From Mobula hypostoma (Eukaryota): a stretch of DNA of 64,000 nt. The translations under genes and the position numbers were made by a program. The notes beneath the pieces were generated by a model, which saw only the letters and a program-made list of their open reading frames with translations, did not search any database and was not told where the DNA came from. The stretch is from NCBI RefSeq assembly GCF_963921235.1, contig NC_086118.1, forward strand, positions 21,454,001-21,518,000. The letters run 5' to 3'. Positions 62,528-64,000 of this stretch are shown here, piece after piece. The first letter of the stretch is position 1. Each line of letters opens with the position of its first letter.

Positions 62528-62807
62528 GGGAATCAGTGAATGACAGAATTATAAGGGGTATAGATAGGGTAAATGCAAGCAGGGTTTTTCCACTGAGGTT
62601 GGGTGGGTCTGCAACTGGAGGTAGGCTTTTTCCACTAAGATTGTGTGAGATGACAACTAAAGGTCATGGTTAAAGGTGAAATGTGAAAAGTGTCAGGGAA
62701 AATCAGGGGAAGCTTCTTCACTCATAGGGTGGTGAGAGTGTGGAATGTGCTGCTGGTGGATATGAGCTTGATTTAAATGATTAAGAGAAGTTTCGATAGG
62801 TATATAA

Positions 62808-64000
62808 AACATAGAACACAGAATATAGAACATAGAAATCTACAGCACATTACAGGTCCTTTGGCCCACAATGTTGTGCCGACCATGTAACCTACTCTAG
62901 AAACTGCCCAGAATTTCCCTAGTGCATAGCCCTCTATTTTATTCAGCTCCATGTAACTATCTAAGAGGCTTTTAAAAGACCCTATTGTATCCACTTCCAC
63001 CATCGCCATCGGCAGTGCATTCCACGCACCCACCACTCTCTGTGTGAAAAACTTACCCCTGACATTTCCTCCGTAACTATTTCCAAGCACCTTAAAACTA
63101 TGCCCCTCATGTTAGCCATTTCAGCCCAGGGAAAAAGACTTCCGCTATCCACATGATTAATGTCCCTCATCATCTTACACACCTCTACCAGATCACCTCT
63201 CATCCTATATCGCTCCAAGGAGAAAAGGCCAAGATCACTCAACCTATTCTCATAAGGTACGGCCTCCAATCCAGGCAACATCCTTGTAAATCTCCTCTGC
63301 ACTCTCTCTATAGTATCCACATCCTTCCTGTAGTGAGTTGACCAGAAATGAACACAGTATTCTAAGTGGGGTCTGACCAAGGTCCTATATAGTTGTAATA
63401 TTACGTCATGGCTCTGGAACTCAATCCCGTGGTGATGAAGGCCAACATCATACGCCTTCTTAACAACACTGTCAACCTGTGCAGCAGCTTTGAGTGTCCT
63501 GTTGACATGGACCCCAAGATCTCTCAGATCATCCACACTGCCAAGAGTCTTACCATTAATATTATCAGGGATGCATCTCACCCTAACCATGGACTTTTTA
63601 CTCTCCTCCCATCCGGTAGGCACTACAGGAGCCTCCGCTCCTGCACCAGCAGGCACAGGAAGAGCTTCTTCCCTGGGGCTGTGACACTGCTGAACCTCTC
63701 ATCACAGCGCTAAGCAGTATTGCATCCATATTGTACTGTCTCAGTACTTCTATATTTGTGTGCTGTAGCACTTTTTTATTTGCTGTTATTTTGTAAATAA
63801 CACTTCTTTGCATTTCTGGTCAGATGCTAAATGCATTTCATTGGCCTTGTATCTGTACTCGGCACAATGACAATAAAGTTGAATCTAATCTAATCTAATA
63901 TTCTGTCTTCAAATTAGCCTTACCAAAATGAACCACTTAACACTTATGTGGGTTGAAATTGATCTGCCACTTCTCAGCCCAGTTCTGCATCCTATCGATG
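62808..64000 (-). mobile_element. CR1 3' region interrupted by a Rex1/Babar fragment
   Basis: LVRPHLEYCVHFWS, IERVQRRFTRMLPGL and FFTQRVVGAWNALP; (aacatag)n tail; resumes after 63902. Confidence 0.88.
63564..63895 (+). mobile_element. Rex1/Babar-like LINE 3' fragment nested in CR1
   Basis: IRDASHPNHGLFTLLPSGRHYRSLRSCTSRHRKSFFPGAVTLLN; (atcta)n tail; TAATATT on both flanks. Confidence 0.8.

Larger units (their letters stand above)
57020..62805 (+). mobile_element. CR1 3' fragment split into 57020-57244 and 62546-62805 by nested insertions
   Basis: LVRPNLEKCVQFWSP...RRLRRDLI stops at 57244 and resumes as attataaggggtatagatagggtaaatgcaagc at about 62548. Confidence 0.8.

Overview
Repeat-dense vertebrate genomic DNA. 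The repeat families (HE1-like V-SINEs, CR1, RTE, Rex1/Babar and Penelope) point to a cartilaginous fish, probably a ray; this assignment is an inference. The only clear host gene is the 3' half of a meteorin-family gene, best matching METRNL, on the + strand: a 60-bp exon at 10280-10339, a terminal exon at 17048-17364 and a 3' UTR. A CpG-rich, promoter-like patch lies at about 55.16-55.51 kb. The rest is a layered record of mobile elements. Highlights: (1) a Mag-like Gypsy LTR element whose RT/RNaseH/integrase core is replaced by an apparently intron-less C-terminal fragment of the host gene SH3KBP1/CIN85 (about 58700-59080); (2) many short Penelope-derived insertions carrying a minimal hammerhead-ribozyme motif, two of them long foldback palindromes with target-site duplications; (3) a two-LTR Sushi/PEG10-related chromoviral Gypsy element with a visible self-priming signature, whose pol is patched by a 31-bp minisatellite that also occurs about 2 kb away; (4) a near full-length esterase-ORF1 CR1 nested in a Penelope RT; (5) a Sola2-like DNA transposon, two solo LTRs and MITEs. 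All family assignments come from motifs recognised by eye. No database search was run, and boundaries of decayed repeats are approximate.
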